From positions 134-64,133 of the forward strand of contig CAZMRE010000001.1 in NCBI GenBank assembly GCA_964568545.1: 64,000 nt of DNA, read 5' to 3'. The notes under the pieces were generated by a model. The model saw nothing but the letters and a program-made list of their open reading frames with translations, did not search any database and was not told where the DNA came from. Of the stretch, positions 18,735 through 28,486 are shown one piece after another. The stretch comes from an uncultured Deferribacteres bacterium. GTDB taxonomy: Bacteria; Zhuqueibacterota; JdFR-76; BMS3Abin05. Numbering within the stretch: the first letter of the stretch is position 1; each line of letters starts with the position of its first letter. The position numbers and the translations under genes are program-made.

Positions 18735-20005
18735 GATTCACGAAGCGTCTTTTGAACAAACGCAAAAAGCTGGCCAAAGGGAATTTCCTCCTGCCAACTC
18801 GTTTTCAGATTTTTAACCTGAGCCTTTTCTTTTGCCAGCTCATTTTCTCCGATAATCACAGCGAATGTCGCATCAAGGCGATTGGCTTCCCGCAGTTGCG
18901 CTTTCATGCTTTTGCCGGATAAATCCAATTCACACGCTACCCCTTGCCGCCGAAGCGACTGTGTCAATTTAAGTACGGGAATTCTGGCATTCTCCCCGAG
19001 CGAAACAAAGTAAACCTCAGGGTGCGGAGGATTGCCGAGAAACAGACCCCTTTTTTCCATGATGCTCAACAGACGTTCCATGCCTGCGGCAAATCCAACA
19101 CCGGGCAGATCGGGGCCGCCTAACTCAGCCACCAGACGATCGTACCGCCCACCACCGCAAACCGCATCCTGCGATCCCAATTCCGTACTAACAATTTCGA
19201 AAGCGGTTCGCGTGTAGTAGTCCAATCCGCGAACCAGACGCTTATCTACCTCGTAGGGGATCGACAGCGCATCCAGCCCGGCTTTTACCCGATCGAAGTG
19301 CGCACGGCAGTCCTCGCACAAATACTCCTCAATGCTGGGAACATCCTTTGTAAGTTCCCGGCAGGTGGGCTTTTTGCAATCAAGAATTCTCAGGGGATTC
19401 GTATCGTACCGAACCTGGCAATCCGAACACAATTGCTCTTTTACGTCCTTCAGGGCCTCCCGCAGCGCCTCCTTGTATTTTGGCCGGCATTTGGGGCAAC
19501 CCACGCTATTGATTTTAAGCCTCAGTTCCGTCAACCCCAGGTGCGTGAAAATTTCCATGGCAAGCGTGATGACTTCAACATCTGCCATGGCGTTTGGCGT
19601 CCCAAGAATTTCCACACCAAATTGATGAAATTGCCGCAGACGCCCTTGCTGGGGACGTTCCTGGCGAAACATTGGCGATATGTACGAAAATTTTTGCACA
19701 GACCCTCTGTTCCAGAGAGAATGTTGAATGTATGCACGGACAACGGAAGCCGTCATTTCGGGCCTCAGCGTCATGCTTTTCCCGCCCCGATCTTCAAACG
19801 TGTACATCTCTTTTTGCACAATGTCCGTGGTTTCTCCCACACCCCGTGCAAATAACTCGGTTTCCTCAAAAACAGGCGTCCGAATCTCTAAAAAATTAAA
19901 TCGCTCAAAAATCTTGCGAACCTCATTTTCCAAATAGAGCCAGCGGTAGGATTCTTCCGGAAGCGCATCCTTAGTCCCGCGCGGTGTCTGAATTTTCTTT
20001 CCCAT
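18731..20005 (-). CDS. hisS: Histidine--tRNA ligase
   Basis: 424 aa. It has class-II motifs (RPEMTASVVRAY, FRQERPQQGRLRQFHQ, GGGRYD) and a C-terminal anticodon-binding domain. Confidence 0.93.
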   Translation of the reverse strand: MGKKIQTPRGTKDALPEESYRWLYLENEVRKIFERFNFLEIRTPVFEETELFARGVGETTDIVQKEMYTFEDRGGKSMTLRPEMTASVVRAYIQHSLWNRGSVQKFSYISPMFRQERPQQGRLRQFHQFGVEILGTPNAMADVEVITLAMEIFTHLGLTELRLKINSVGCPKCRPKYKEALREALKDVKEQLCSDCQVRYDTNPLRILDCKKPTCRELTKDVPSIEEYLCEDCRAHFDRVKAGLDALSIPYEVDKRLVRGLDYYTRTAFEIVSTELGSQDAVCGGGRYDRLVAELGGPDLPGVGFAAGMERLLSIMEKRGLFLGNPPHPEVYFVSLGENARIPVLKLTQSLRRQGVACELDLSGKSMKAQLREANRLDATFAVIIGENELAKEKAQVKNLKTSWQEEIPFGQLFAFVQKTLRES

Positions 20006-20146
20006 TAATCCTTTTTAAGTTTTACTGTTAGATTTTATTTGATCTGGGCATTCATAGCCATAAATACCGCAAGACACAAAGGGTTCACAAAGATTTAGTT
20101 TGCTACGAATAGGTTGTTTCCGATTATATTGGTTCAAAGAAAACCC

Positions 20147-20404
20147 CTAAATATGATTCAGCATATCGATCGATATTTCTCTGCACCGGTCGAGGTCTTT
20201 TTCCAACACCCAGAGAGTCACTTTTCCAGGAGATGATGTTCCATAGCTTCCGGTACCAAGAATTCCCACATCTTCCCCCTGAATTATGGAGGGAATTTCC
20301 AGGTGGTCCAAAACTTCTTTCACCATTTCCGCGTAAAGCCGGCTGGGAAATGTTTTTAAACGAACCCATTTTTCTTCCGACTGTTTTTCTTTCGGATGTG
20401 TCAC
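20147..20404 (-). CDS. DUF2007-like small putative signal-transducing protein
   Basis: 85 aa. The pattern WVRLKTFPSRLYAEMVKEVLDHLEIPSII...LWVLEKDLDRCREI matches the DUF2007 arrangement as I recall it. Confidence 0.45.
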   Translation of the reverse strand: MTHPKEKQSEEKWVRLKTFPSRLYAEMVKEVLDHLEIPSIIQGEDVGILGTGSYGTSSPGKVTLWVLEKDLDRCREISIDMLNHI

Positions 20405-20724
20405 AGAATAACACTCCTTTTTTCTCTGGGATCTTAGTCGCTGCCTTCCTTTCCGATTGGCCGAAAAAAAACACGCAACTTAACGATAAACTAAAAATAT
20501 CCTGTAAATCCCGTCAATAATTTGCTTGGATTGACGCCAACAATTCCCGGCCGGAACGACCCGCCCTTCTGATATAGTGCTCCATTTTATAAGTTCTACT
20601 ACATATTTTTTATGACCAATAAGCTTTGTAATCATTAAAAATAAATACGAAATGCGAATGTCAAAATGCGAAACAAATCCAAAATTCAAATACGACAATT
20701 TTCAAAACAGTAAATTAGAAGAAT

Positions 20725-21066
20725 TTAAACATTTAATTCAGACGCTAATCCCTTAGCAAAATCAACCGGAAGCGTGAAAACAATTCCGACGCCTGGTTGT
20801 TTCAGATCCCCAATAATTTGCTCAATTGCATCGACAATCCGAGGGACTTGCTCATCGCCCACAACCGAGAAAATCGTCTTGTTGTATGGGCGGTTTCCCG
20901 GCAAAACACTTCTCAAAGCTGCAAAAATTGGAATTTCAAAAGACAGCAAGTGCCCCATTCCCACGCTGTCGATTACGGTTGCACCGTGAACATCCAATTC
21001 CAGAAAAGCCTCCAGAATTTCGTCCAGGTATTCCTCCTTGTTCAGGACCATAACAAATAGCTTCAT
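20725..21066 (-). CDS. PII-like (GlnB/DarA-fold) small signalling protein
   Basis: 113 aa. It begins MKLFVMVLNKEEYLDEILEAFLELDVHGATVIDSVGMG and ends GIVFTLPVDFAKG. This is the beta-alpha-beta layout, T-loop-like middle and C-terminal LPVD block seen in PII-like proteins. The subfamily is not resolvable by eye. Confidence 0.4.
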   Translation of the reverse strand: MKLFVMVLNKEEYLDEILEAFLELDVHGATVIDSVGMGHLLSFEIPIFAALRSVLPGNRPYNKTIFSVVGDEQVPRIVDAIEQIIGDLKQPGVGIVFTLPVDFAKGLASELNV

Positions 21067-21081
21067 CCGACGAAATCCGTG

Positions 21082-21567
21082 TTAAATTTCAAAATATTTT
21101 TTTTCTTCATTTCGGATAAGCTGCATGGCCGCTTCGGCATCCTCTGCCTGCATCAGTTTTTCTCGAAATGTCTCTTTGCTCAAAAGGCGCGAGGCGCGAC
21201 TCAAGGCTTTAAGATGCAGCCCCGTTTCATTGGGCGGTGCAACCAACAAAAATACAATATGAACGGGTTCTTCGTCAATCGCCTGAAAATCAATATCCTT
21301 TGGGGAAATTCCCATGGTGGCCACTACTGTCTCCGCACTGTCAGTTTTCCCGTGCGGAATGGCAATGCCCTGCCCAACCCCTGTGCTCATTACTTTTTCC
21401 CGCTCCAACACAGCACTCAGGACGGCTTTTTTGTCGGAAATCTTCTTGTTTTTTTCCAACAAATTAACCAGTTCTTCAATTACAGTTTCTTTTTTTGTTG
21501 TTTCCAACGGAATCTTGATCAATTCCGGGGTTAGTAAATCGCTTAATTTCATCAACCTTTCCTCCAA
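21082..21567 (-). CDS. ptsN: PTS EIIA(Ntr)-type regulatory protein
   Basis: 161 aa. It has the phosphorylatable His context GQGIAIPHGK and the second block HIVFLLVAP. Confidence 0.8.
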   Translation of the reverse strand: MEERLMKLSDLLTPELIKIPLETTKKETVIEELVNLLEKNKKISDKKAVLSAVLEREKVMSTGVGQGIAIPHGKTDSAETVVATMGISPKDIDFQAIDEEPVHIVFLLVAPPNETGLHLKALSRASRLLSKETFREKLMQAEDAEAAMQLIRNEEKKYFEI

Positions 21568-21578
21568 TTTCCTGTGGT

Positions 21579-22266
21579 TTATAATTTAAGAGATTTTTTG
21601 GAAAATTCCAATATAAATTTGGAATTATGGCGATAGTCCCTGTTTACCGGAAATATTTCACTAATCTTTTTCCATTCAAGGTATCGTTCAGTCTTTTCAG
21701 TATTTCTTCTGATTAAAAAATAATACGGGCTCCTGGGTTCAATCCTTATTATAATTCCTTTTCGAGAATGAATGCTTGTCCAACCACTCGTATTTTTCTT
21801 CCCTCAGGCCAAATAGGTCCAAATGAAATACCTTCGCTTTCTTTGGTTATTTTATTCTTAACAAATAGCCCAATAGCTACACCCTGACGAATATCAAACA
21901 CATTTTCGTCTTTTCCACCGCTGGATTTGGTTTCCTTTTTCAGGCTGTTGCCGCGCAAATCCAGGATGTAAATTTCGTCAAATGTTTTATCAGACTTTGG
22001 CGTCTGTCCCGAAAGGTAGGATTGTCCAAATAACTGTGATTGGTAATTATGCCCACAATGCCATAACCGGATTTCCCGCTTCCGTTTTCTTAGGGAGAAT
22101 GGTTACATCAACATCTTTGATTGTTTAAATTTCCGCATGCTGCTCAATTAAATCATTGAGATGCCTGTAGTAACTCTTCATTGGCATCACCCTGTTTGGA
22201 CGTATCCGTGAGATTTTTGAGGTAGGCTTTTAGAATTTCTGTCAACAGAATGGCGTCTCTCGATTT
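21579..22266 (-). pseudogene. Decayed remnant of a type ISP / type IIG-like DNA methyltransferase-restriction gene: N-terminal piece fused to the C-terminal specificity-domain piece, with the catalytic core missing
   Basis: Minus-strand translation gives family-typical blocks scattered over three frames. These are ILKAYLKNL..GDANEE / SYYRHLNDLIE / VDVTILPKKTEAGNP / GIVGIITNHSYLDNPTFRDRRQSLIKH / FDEIYILDLRGNSLKKE...ENVFDIRQGVAIGLFVK / IEPRSPYYFLIRR...YLEWKKISEIFPVN. In-frame stops and a 1-nt deletion at KH|FDEIY interrupt them. No NPPY-type methylase core lies between the N-terminal and C-terminal pieces. Confidence 0.7.
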
Positions 22267-22278
22267 TTATTGGTCAAT

Positions 22279-23556
22279 TTAAATTTTTGGCGGCAAATAA
22301 ATCACCTTCACCTCGGCGATGCGCTGACCTTCCAATTTTTCAATCTGAAATTTGTAGTTTCCCCATTGAATGACCTCATTTTCTTCCGGAACATTTCCGG
22401 TGATATCGAAAATAAATCCCCCAAGCGATTCGTAATCCTCATCTTCGGGAAGGGGTTCGGGAAATGTTTCGTTAAACTCGGGGATGTCGATTTTGGCATC
22501 GACGAGCCAGATATTTTCCGCAACTTTTTTGAAAAGCGGTTGTTCCTGGTCGTATTCGTCCTGAATTTCTCCGACAATTTCCTCAATAACATCTTCCAGC
22601 GTGACCAGCCCGGCCGTGCCGCCATATTCATCCACAACAATAGCCATGTGTGTTTTTTCCTGCTGAAATTCCCGAAGCAGATCGTCAATCTTTTTGCTTT
22701 CGGGAACAAAATAAGCGGGACGTGCCAGTTTTCTCAGATCGGTCGTTTCTTGGGAACCCACCAAAAAAGGAATAAGGTCTTTGGCGTGAATAACACCCAC
22801 AATATTGTCAATTCGCTCTTCATAAATGGGAATACGAGAGTGCCCCGCTTTTTGAATAATTTCGACCAGTTCTTCAATAGGAGTGGCTGTTTCTACGGAA
22901 ACCATATCTATCCGAGGCACCATAATTTCGCGGACGGTCGTTTCCCCAAACTCAAAAATAGAGTCAATCATCTCCTTTTCTTCTTCTTGGATGGTGCCCT
23001 TTTCTTCGCCCAACTCAATCAAAACCTTTAATTCATCTTCCGACAAAAAATGCTCGCTTTTTTGAAGATGGAAAATTCCTGAGAAAACAAGCGTAAATCG
23101 TTCCAAAAAAGCCGAAACCGGATAAAATGCCAGGTAAATTAGATCGATCCAGAAAACAACCTTTCGTGCAAATGCCACCGGACGCTTAACGGCAAGCACT
23201 TTTGGCGTGATTTCGCCAAAAATTAAGATGAGAAACGTTACCGCTACCACCTCAATCAACATGCTCCAGGTTTCGCTGAGATGATACTGTTGAATCAATT
23301 TCACCGTTAAGATTGTTGCAATAACAGCCGACCCAATATTTACAAGCGTATTCCCGGTGAGAATGGTAATCAATAATTTTCGTTGATCATTCAGAAGGCG
23401 GACAATCTTCTTTGCTGAGGATGAGCGATCCTCTTTTAATTTCGCCAGATCAATTTTACTAATGGCGAAAAAGGCGGTTTCAGTACCGGAAAAAAACGCT
23501 GACAAAGCCAATAAAAGAACAAAAATCCCGCCATAAATTAAATATGATGTATCCAA
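22279..23556 (-). CDS. CNNM/CorC-HlyC family transporter (DUF21 - CBS pair - CorC_HlyC)
   Basis: 425 aa. It has a four-TM N-terminus, a CBS pair (VREIMVPRIDMV, IPIYEERIDNIVGVIHAKDL) and a C-terminal domain. It sits downstream of ybeY, as in many bacteria. Confidence 0.85.
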   Translation of the reverse strand: MDTSYLIYGGIFVLLLALSAFFSGTETAFFAISKIDLAKLKEDRSSSAKKIVRLLNDQRKLLITILTGNTLVNIGSAVIATILTVKLIQQYHLSETWSMLIEVVAVTFLILIFGEITPKVLAVKRPVAFARKVVFWIDLIYLAFYPVSAFLERFTLVFSGIFHLQKSEHFLSEDELKVLIELGEEKGTIQEEEKEMIDSIFEFGETTVREIMVPRIDMVSVETATPIEELVEIIQKAGHSRIPIYEERIDNIVGVIHAKDLIPFLVGSQETTDLRKLARPAYFVPESKKIDDLLREFQQEKTHMAIVVDEYGGTAGLVTLEDVIEEIVGEIQDEYDQEQPLFKKVAENIWLVDAKIDIPEFNETFPEPLPEDEDYESLGGFIFDITGNVPEENEVIQWGNYKFQIEKLEGQRIAEVKVIYLPPKI

Positions 23557-23564
23557 GTAGTCTG

Positions 23565-23969
23565 TTATCCTCCATTTTCGTTCAGGAGTTTCGCAAGAAA
23601 ATCATTTTCTCTTGCGGCCATTTTTTGCTTTTTTTCGGGCGTGTTATCCTCCCAGCCCAACAGGTGCAAAACCCCGTGAATTACCAGGCGGTGAAGTTCT
23701 TCGCGATAGGAAACGCCAAATTCACCCGCCTGTTCCCGGGCGCGTTCGAATCCGACGTAAACCTCACCCTCCACAGTTTTCCCGGGAACATCCTCCAGAT
23801 TGAAAGCAATCACATCCGTGGGATAATTGTGATCAAGAAAGGAGCGGTTGATTTCCCGAATGGAATCGTCTGCAAGAAAAATAACGGAGATTTCCCCATC
23901 TAATTCCGGTGATTCCTCGGCAACCACCATTTCCACTGCTTTTACAACCTCTCGCCGTTTAATGGGCAA
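23565..23969 (-). CDS. ybeY: rRNA maturation endoribonuclease YbeY
   Basis: 134 aa. It has the zinc motif HGVLHLLGWEDNT. Confidence 0.9.
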   Translation of the reverse strand: MPIKRREVVKAVEMVVAEESPELDGEISVIFLADDSIREINRSFLDHNYPTDVIAFNLEDVPGKTVEGEVYVGFERAREQAGEFGVSYREELHRLVIHGVLHLLGWEDNTPEKKQKMAARENDFLAKLLNENGG

Positions 23970-23976
23970 TCGGTAT

Positions 23977-26334
23977 TTATTTTTGAATACTTTGACCTTC
24001 AGTTACAGGGCCTTTCTTTTTGGGCAAATTCTCTTTTTGTTTTTCAGATTTGACCACCGCTTTTGAGGATTTTTTCCCGGAAAGCATTTTTTCCTGTCCC
24101 GGATATTCAATTCGTGCGTGGTGAACACCAATCAAAATCTTTTCAAAGGCTTCCCCGATTTTTCGAAGTTCTCTCACGGTTAGAGGACATTCATCCAATT
24201 GCCGCTCTTCGAACTTCTCTTCAATAACCGAATGAATAGCATTTTTAATTTTACTTACATTCACTTCCCGAATGGAACGGGAAAGCGCTTCAACCGTATC
24301 GGCCAACATGAGAATTCCCGTTTCACGCGTTTGCGGTTTCACTCCCTGGTACCGAAAATCAGCCTCATTGACGGGCACCCCTTTGCCCTGAGCAAGTGCC
24401 TTTTCATAGAAATATTTCATAAGAGAGGTACCGTGATGCTGAAGAATAAAATCCTTGATCGCCGATGGCAAATGGTACTGATTGGCAAATTCAATCCCCT
24501 TTTTGACGTGATTTTGAAGAATGAGGCTGCTTATTCTTGGTGCCAGATTTTCATGAGGATTTTTCCCGAAGCGCTGGTTTTCAATAAAGTATTCCGGCAT
24601 GTACATTTTGCCGATGTCGTGGTAATAAGCCCCCACCTTTGCCAGTAGGGTATTGGCGCGAATCTCTTCCGCCGCCGCTTCCGCCAAATTACTAACCACA
24701 ATACTGTGGTTGTAAGTTCCCGGCGCACGCACGGCTAACATTTTTAGGAGTGGGTGATTTAAATCACTTAATTCAATTAATTTGTATTCGGAGCAAACAT
24801 CAAAAATGGAATCGAACATAAGCAAAAGGCCATAGGTTAAAACGGCTGATAGCACCCCGTTAATTATTCCGCCAACCCAATCCTTTGCCAGCTCGGAAAA
24901 TGCAATCTGTTGAGAAAGCCCCAAAAATACAAGAGAAAGAAAATAGGCTCCCGACAAAAAGAACACAGAATTTGTAAGCCGCTTGCGATTTCGGAAAACC
25001 CCCACACTAACCACAGCGATTGCAGAAACAAAAATGGAAATCACCAGCAAACTGTAGTCATTGCCAAACAGCCCGGCTACAATCATACTTAATGAAAATC
25101 CTGCGAGAAGGCTGGTTCGGTTATCAAAATAATAAGTGATCACCATTGGAACCACTGCCACAGGTACAAGATAGCGGGTGAGTCCGTAATTTTCAACGAA
25201 GAACCCCATAATAATAACCAGAAGCATCGACCCGAAAATCATGATCAAGGAACTGTCGTTCTTAAAGATTTTAGGGCGATACACAAAAATAAAGCTAACC
25301 AGCGGGAAAAGGGCTAATAAAATGAAGAAAAAGATTCCCATATAAAACGTGAACAACTGCCAGAGCGGGCTATTCGCATTTTTGTCTGCTTTTGCTTTTT
25401 CAAGAGAACGCAGGGCATCAATTTGTTCCTGAGTGATGCGCTGGTGCTTTTGAATGATGGTCTCTCCCTTTAAAATCTGCCCCTTCACCAGTGGAACCCC
25501 GCTAATGGCCTCTTGAATCAGATGTTTTGTTTTCTTCTCGTTGTAAATAATATCAGGTTTAATCAAGGAAACTAACAAGGCATACGCGGCATGGATGGAA
25601 TCGGCTTCGGTGCCATACCTGGCGCGCAGTCTTTCAAGCAATCGTTCCCGTGCATCTTTGAAATCATAAATATAATTCAGATTTTTTTCAAAATGCTGAT
25701 CGGCATCCTCAATGTAGATTCGAGTGTTTATTTTGCGGATTTGTTGCTTTGGCCGATCAATAATTCCAATGGCATAGATATCCTGCAAAATTTGCCGAAC
25801 CTCATTTTCAAATTTGCTCTCAGCCCTGGCATTGGATTTTGTGGCCAATTGCGAAAAAAATTTGGCTTCGCTGTCAGCCAGAACAATTTTCTCTCTGTGA
25901 CAAAAGCTCAAGATTTCGATAATGCGAATGGTATCCGAAACGCCAGATGTGGCAAGCAGGTGAATCTCGTCAAAGAAGCTGTTCAGACTTTCCAATTCCT
26001 TGTTAGCGATTGTATGATCCACATAAAAAATGGGGAGAACCCGCCGGCTCGCTTCCTGTCGATCTCGTCTGAGTTCCTGATCACTCTTGTAGATGTAAAA
26101 AGTAAAGGGGGCAATGATGTCGCGATCCGCAATGGTTCCGGGACGCAAATTGCGGTATTGATTGAAATTCAGGGAAGGGAAAAAGAGCGTTGCAATAACA
26201 GTAAAAAAGAGGAGAATAATAATCTGAGTTTTATAGCGCAACAGCCACGAGCCATCCTCGTCAGATGATTTTTCAGAAGATACAGCGGATTTGTTCGGAG
26301 ATGCCGCCGATTTTTTTCTGTTAAACAGGTGCAT
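23977..26334 (-). CDS. pgpH: Membrane HD-domain phosphohydrolase of the 7TM-HD (PgpH-like) family
   Basis: It has an extracellular N-terminal domain, 7 TM helices, and an HD domain (HSIVVSNLAEAAA, YYHDIGK, HHG). The start is set at the ATG at 26334, directly after the phoH stop. The longer ORF start would overlap phoH by 92 nt. Confidence 0.85.
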   Translation of the reverse strand: MHLFNRKKSAASPNKSAVSSEKSSDEDGSWLLRYKTQIIILLFFTVIATLFFPSLNFNQYRNLRPGTIADRDIIAPFTFYIYKSDQELRRDRQEASRRVLPIFYVDHTIANKELESLNSFFDEIHLLATSGVSDTIRIIEILSFCHREKIVLADSEAKFFSQLATKSNARAESKFENEVRQILQDIYAIGIIDRPKQQIRKINTRIYIEDADQHFEKNLNYIYDFKDARERLLERLRARYGTEADSIHAAYALLVSLIKPDIIYNEKKTKHLIQEAISGVPLVKGQILKGETIIQKHQRITQEQIDALRSLEKAKADKNANSPLWQLFTFYMGIFFFILLALFPLVSFIFVYRPKIFKNDSSLIMIFGSMLLVIIMGFFVENYGLTRYLVPVAVVPMVITYYFDNRTSLLAGFSLSMIVAGLFGNDYSLLVISIFVSAIAVVSVGVFRNRKRLTNSVFFLSGAYFLSLVFLGLSQQIAFSELAKDWVGGIINGVLSAVLTYGLLLMFDSIFDVCSEYKLIELSDLNHPLLKMLAVRAPGTYNHSIVVSNLAEAAAEEIRANTLLAKVGAYYHDIGKMYMPEYFIENQRFGKNPHENLAPRISSLILQNHVKKGIEFANQYHLPSAIKDFILQHHGTSLMKYFYEKALAQGKGVPVNEADFRYQGVKPQTRETGILMLADTVEALSRSIREVNVSKIKNAIHSVIEEKFEERQLDECPLTVRELRKIGEAFEKILIGVHHARIEYPGQEKMLSGKKSSKAVVKSEKQKENLPKKKGPVTEGQSIQK

Positions 26335-26335
26335 G

Positions 26336-27370
26336 TTATTTAATTGAACTTTCAGAGACTTCGGACTGCGTGGATTCTTGTACAGAAACAGCCATTTGTA
26401 CCGTTTCTGAAGCAGCATTTGTTTCAATACTCTGGTCGTAGGCGTTGTAAGCTTTAATAATTTCCCTCACAAGGCGGTGACGAACCACATCGCGATCCGT
26501 CAGATAAATAAAGTCGATGCCTTCAATTCCCGTCAAAATTTCTTGAATGAGAATAAGCCCAGACTTCTGTTTTGCCGGCAGGTCTACTTGTGTAATGTCA
26601 CCCGTAATAATCGCTTTGGAATTCACTCCCAATCTCGTTAAAAACATTTTCATCTGATTTGGGGTGGTGTTTTGTGCTTCATCCAAAATAACAAAGGCAT
26701 TATTCAGGGTTCGACCCCGCATGTATGCCAAAGGGACAATTTCAATTTCTCCACGCTCCATCATTTGGCGCAAACGCTCTCCCGGAAGCATGTCGTAAAG
26801 GGCATCGTAAAGGGGTCTCAAATAGGGGTCGACTTTCTCTCGGAAATCACCCGGAAGAAAACCAAGGCTTTCGCCCGCCTCAACAGCCGGACGCGCTAAA
26901 ACAATACGGTCCACCTCGTGGGCATTAAGATGCGCAACCGCAATGGCCACAGCCAGGTAGGTTTTTCCGGTACCCGCCGGTCCAATAGCAAAAACAATAT
27001 CGTTCTTCAGTGTCGATTGGTAATAAACAAATTGTCCCCTGGTTTTTGGACGAATAAAATCAGATTTAGTACTCAGAATGACCGATCCCAGGTCTTCCTC
27101 CTTTAGCGATACACCCATCGATTTCACAAGGGAAATAAGTGTTTCCAAATCCTTTTCGGAGATTTTTCCGTTGCGATTTATGAGCAAAATCAATTCGGAG
27201 AAAAGCTTTTCTAATTGAGTTACTTCGGAAGGCTCACCGTCAAGAACAACATCCGTGCCTCGAACGGTAATTTTGGAAGAAAATCGCTCTTGAATGAGTC
27301 TGAGATTTACGTCCTGAAAACCCAGAAGTTGTAATTGATCAACTCCTTTTATGGAAAATTTTTTTTGCAT
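26336..27370 (-). CDS. phoH: PhoH-family ATPase
   Basis: 344 aa. It has Walker A GPAGTGKTYLAVA, Walker B FVILDEAQN and ITGDITQVDL. Confidence 0.9.
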   Translation of the reverse strand: MQKKFSIKGVDQLQLLGFQDVNLRLIQERFSSKITVRGTDVVLDGEPSEVTQLEKLFSELILLINRNGKISEKDLETLISLVKSMGVSLKEEDLGSVILSTKSDFIRPKTRGQFVYYQSTLKNDIVFAIGPAGTGKTYLAVAIAVAHLNAHEVDRIVLARPAVEAGESLGFLPGDFREKVDPYLRPLYDALYDMLPGERLRQMMERGEIEIVPLAYMRGRTLNNAFVILDEAQNTTPNQMKMFLTRLGVNSKAIITGDITQVDLPAKQKSGLILIQEILTGIEGIDFIYLTDRDVVRHRLVREIIKAYNAYDQSIETNAASETVQMAVSVQESTQSEVSESSIK

Positions 27371-27415
27371 ATTTGGGAAAATGCATCTCCTTTAATTTAT
27401 TCATCATCTTTAAAA

Positions 27416-27444
27416 ATAATACAATAAATTTTCACGATTTGCAA
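27416..27444 (-). promoter_or_regulatory. Sigma-70-type promoter of the phoH-pgpH-ybeY-corC operon
   Basis: The minus strand reads TTGCAA - 17 nt - TATTAT. An AAAGGAG ribosome-binding site lies further downstream, 10 nt before the ATG. Confidence 0.55.
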
Positions 27445-27542
27445 GATTTATTTTGTGGCAATCGGCAACGCGTTCTTGTGCTTTTCACATTGGCTTTACA
27501 TTCTTTCAGGGCTGAAAATTCTCTAAAAAGGCACTAAATAGC

Positions 27543-27574
27543 AAAAACCCGTTCCAAAAGTTGAAACGGGTTTT
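27543..27574 (-). terminator. Rho-independent terminator after the LysM gene
   Basis: The minus strand reads AACCCGTT-TCAACTTTTGG-AACGGGTT followed by TTTTGCTATTT. Confidence 0.7.
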
Positions 27575-27602
27575 GCACATTCACCTTGATTTTGGAAGAG
27601 GG

Positions 27603-28448
27603 CTATTTTTTTGGAATAACCAGAACCTCGTACGGATAAATCAAGTTTTTGTTTTTGATAATGGATTTGTTCGCTTCATAAATCTTGGTCCATTGTGTAG
27701 GATCGCCCAACGCAGCGCCGGCAATTTTCTTCAAATAATCGCCTTTAGTGACCACGTATTCATTGGGGCCGGTTTTACGAACAATTTTCAAATTCCAATC
27801 AGGGTAAATCAAATCGGGATTTTTGATCATTTCGCGATTGTAAGTGTAAATTTTCATCCACTGGTAGGGATCGCCGTAAATATCCGGTTTTTTGGAAATC
27901 TTCCACAAATAGTCACCACGGACCACTGTGTAGGTATCGTAGATCGATTTGGGCAATTTGCTTTTCACCTGCATTAATTTGCCTTCGACGGAAGCAATCA
28001 AATCTTGCATTTCTGTCAGAATAGCAATTTTGCTTTTTTTCGCTTCATCCAGTTTCTTTGCGATTTCATCGATCTCTGCCCGTTTTTGGAACAACTCTTC
28101 CGACGAAAGAGAGCTTAGCCCATCCAACTGGCTTTCCAGATCCTTTAGCGACTGACGATACGCATCGACGCTATTCTTGTCAGTACCCAAAAGCGCGTAA
28201 ATTTCTTCCCAGGTTTTGTCAATTTCGTTTTGGGTCGTCTGGATTTCGCCCTTCAATCCATCAATGTCCTTCTGCAAGGTAGCAATTTGTGCCTTAGCAT
28301 CGGCTTCGGTTTTTTGCCATTTTGCCAATTCTACTTTATAATCGTCCAATTTCATTTTAACTTTTTCCTGGGCGTAACTAAAGTTGGCCATAGCACCGAG
28401 CACAACAATTGCAACCATAGCTGCTGCAAATATCCGGTTAAGTTTCAT
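27603..28448 (-). CDS. Secreted coiled-coil protein with two C-terminal LysM peptidoglycan-binding domains
   Basis: 281 aa. It has a signal peptide ending ANFSYA|QE and about 150 aa of heptad-like sequence. The two LysM repeats are YTVVRGDYLWKISKK...IYPDWNLKI and YVVTKGDYLKKIAG...IYPYEVLVIP. Confidence 0.8.
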   Translation of the reverse strand: MKLNRIFAAAMVAIVVLGAMANFSYAQEKVKMKLDDYKVELAKWQKTEADAKAQIATLQKDIDGLKGEIQTTQNEIDKTWEEIYALLGTDKNSVDAYRQSLKDLESQLDGLSSLSSEELFQKRAEIDEIAKKLDEAKKSKIAILTEMQDLIASVEGKLMQVKSKLPKSIYDTYTVVRGDYLWKISKKPDIYGDPYQWMKIYTYNREMIKNPDLIYPDWNLKIVRKTGPNEYVVTKGDYLKKIAGAALGDPTQWTKIYEANKSIIKNKNLIYPYEVLVIPKK

Positions 28449-28486
28449 AAAATCTCATCACCTCCTGATCACATTTATTCAGTGCA

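Noticed and set aside
20480-20698. A 72-aa minus-strand ORF in the DUF2007/PII-like intergenic region.
   Set aside because: It has no ribosome-binding site and a hydrophobic, low-complexity translation with no recognisable motif. The region is AT-rich, where such ORFs arise by chance.
22270-23031. A 253-aa plus-strand ORF.
   Set aside because: It is entirely antisense to the well-supported CNNM/CorC gene. Its Phe/Asn/Leu-rich, low-complexity translation is typical of the mirror frame of an AT-rich gene.
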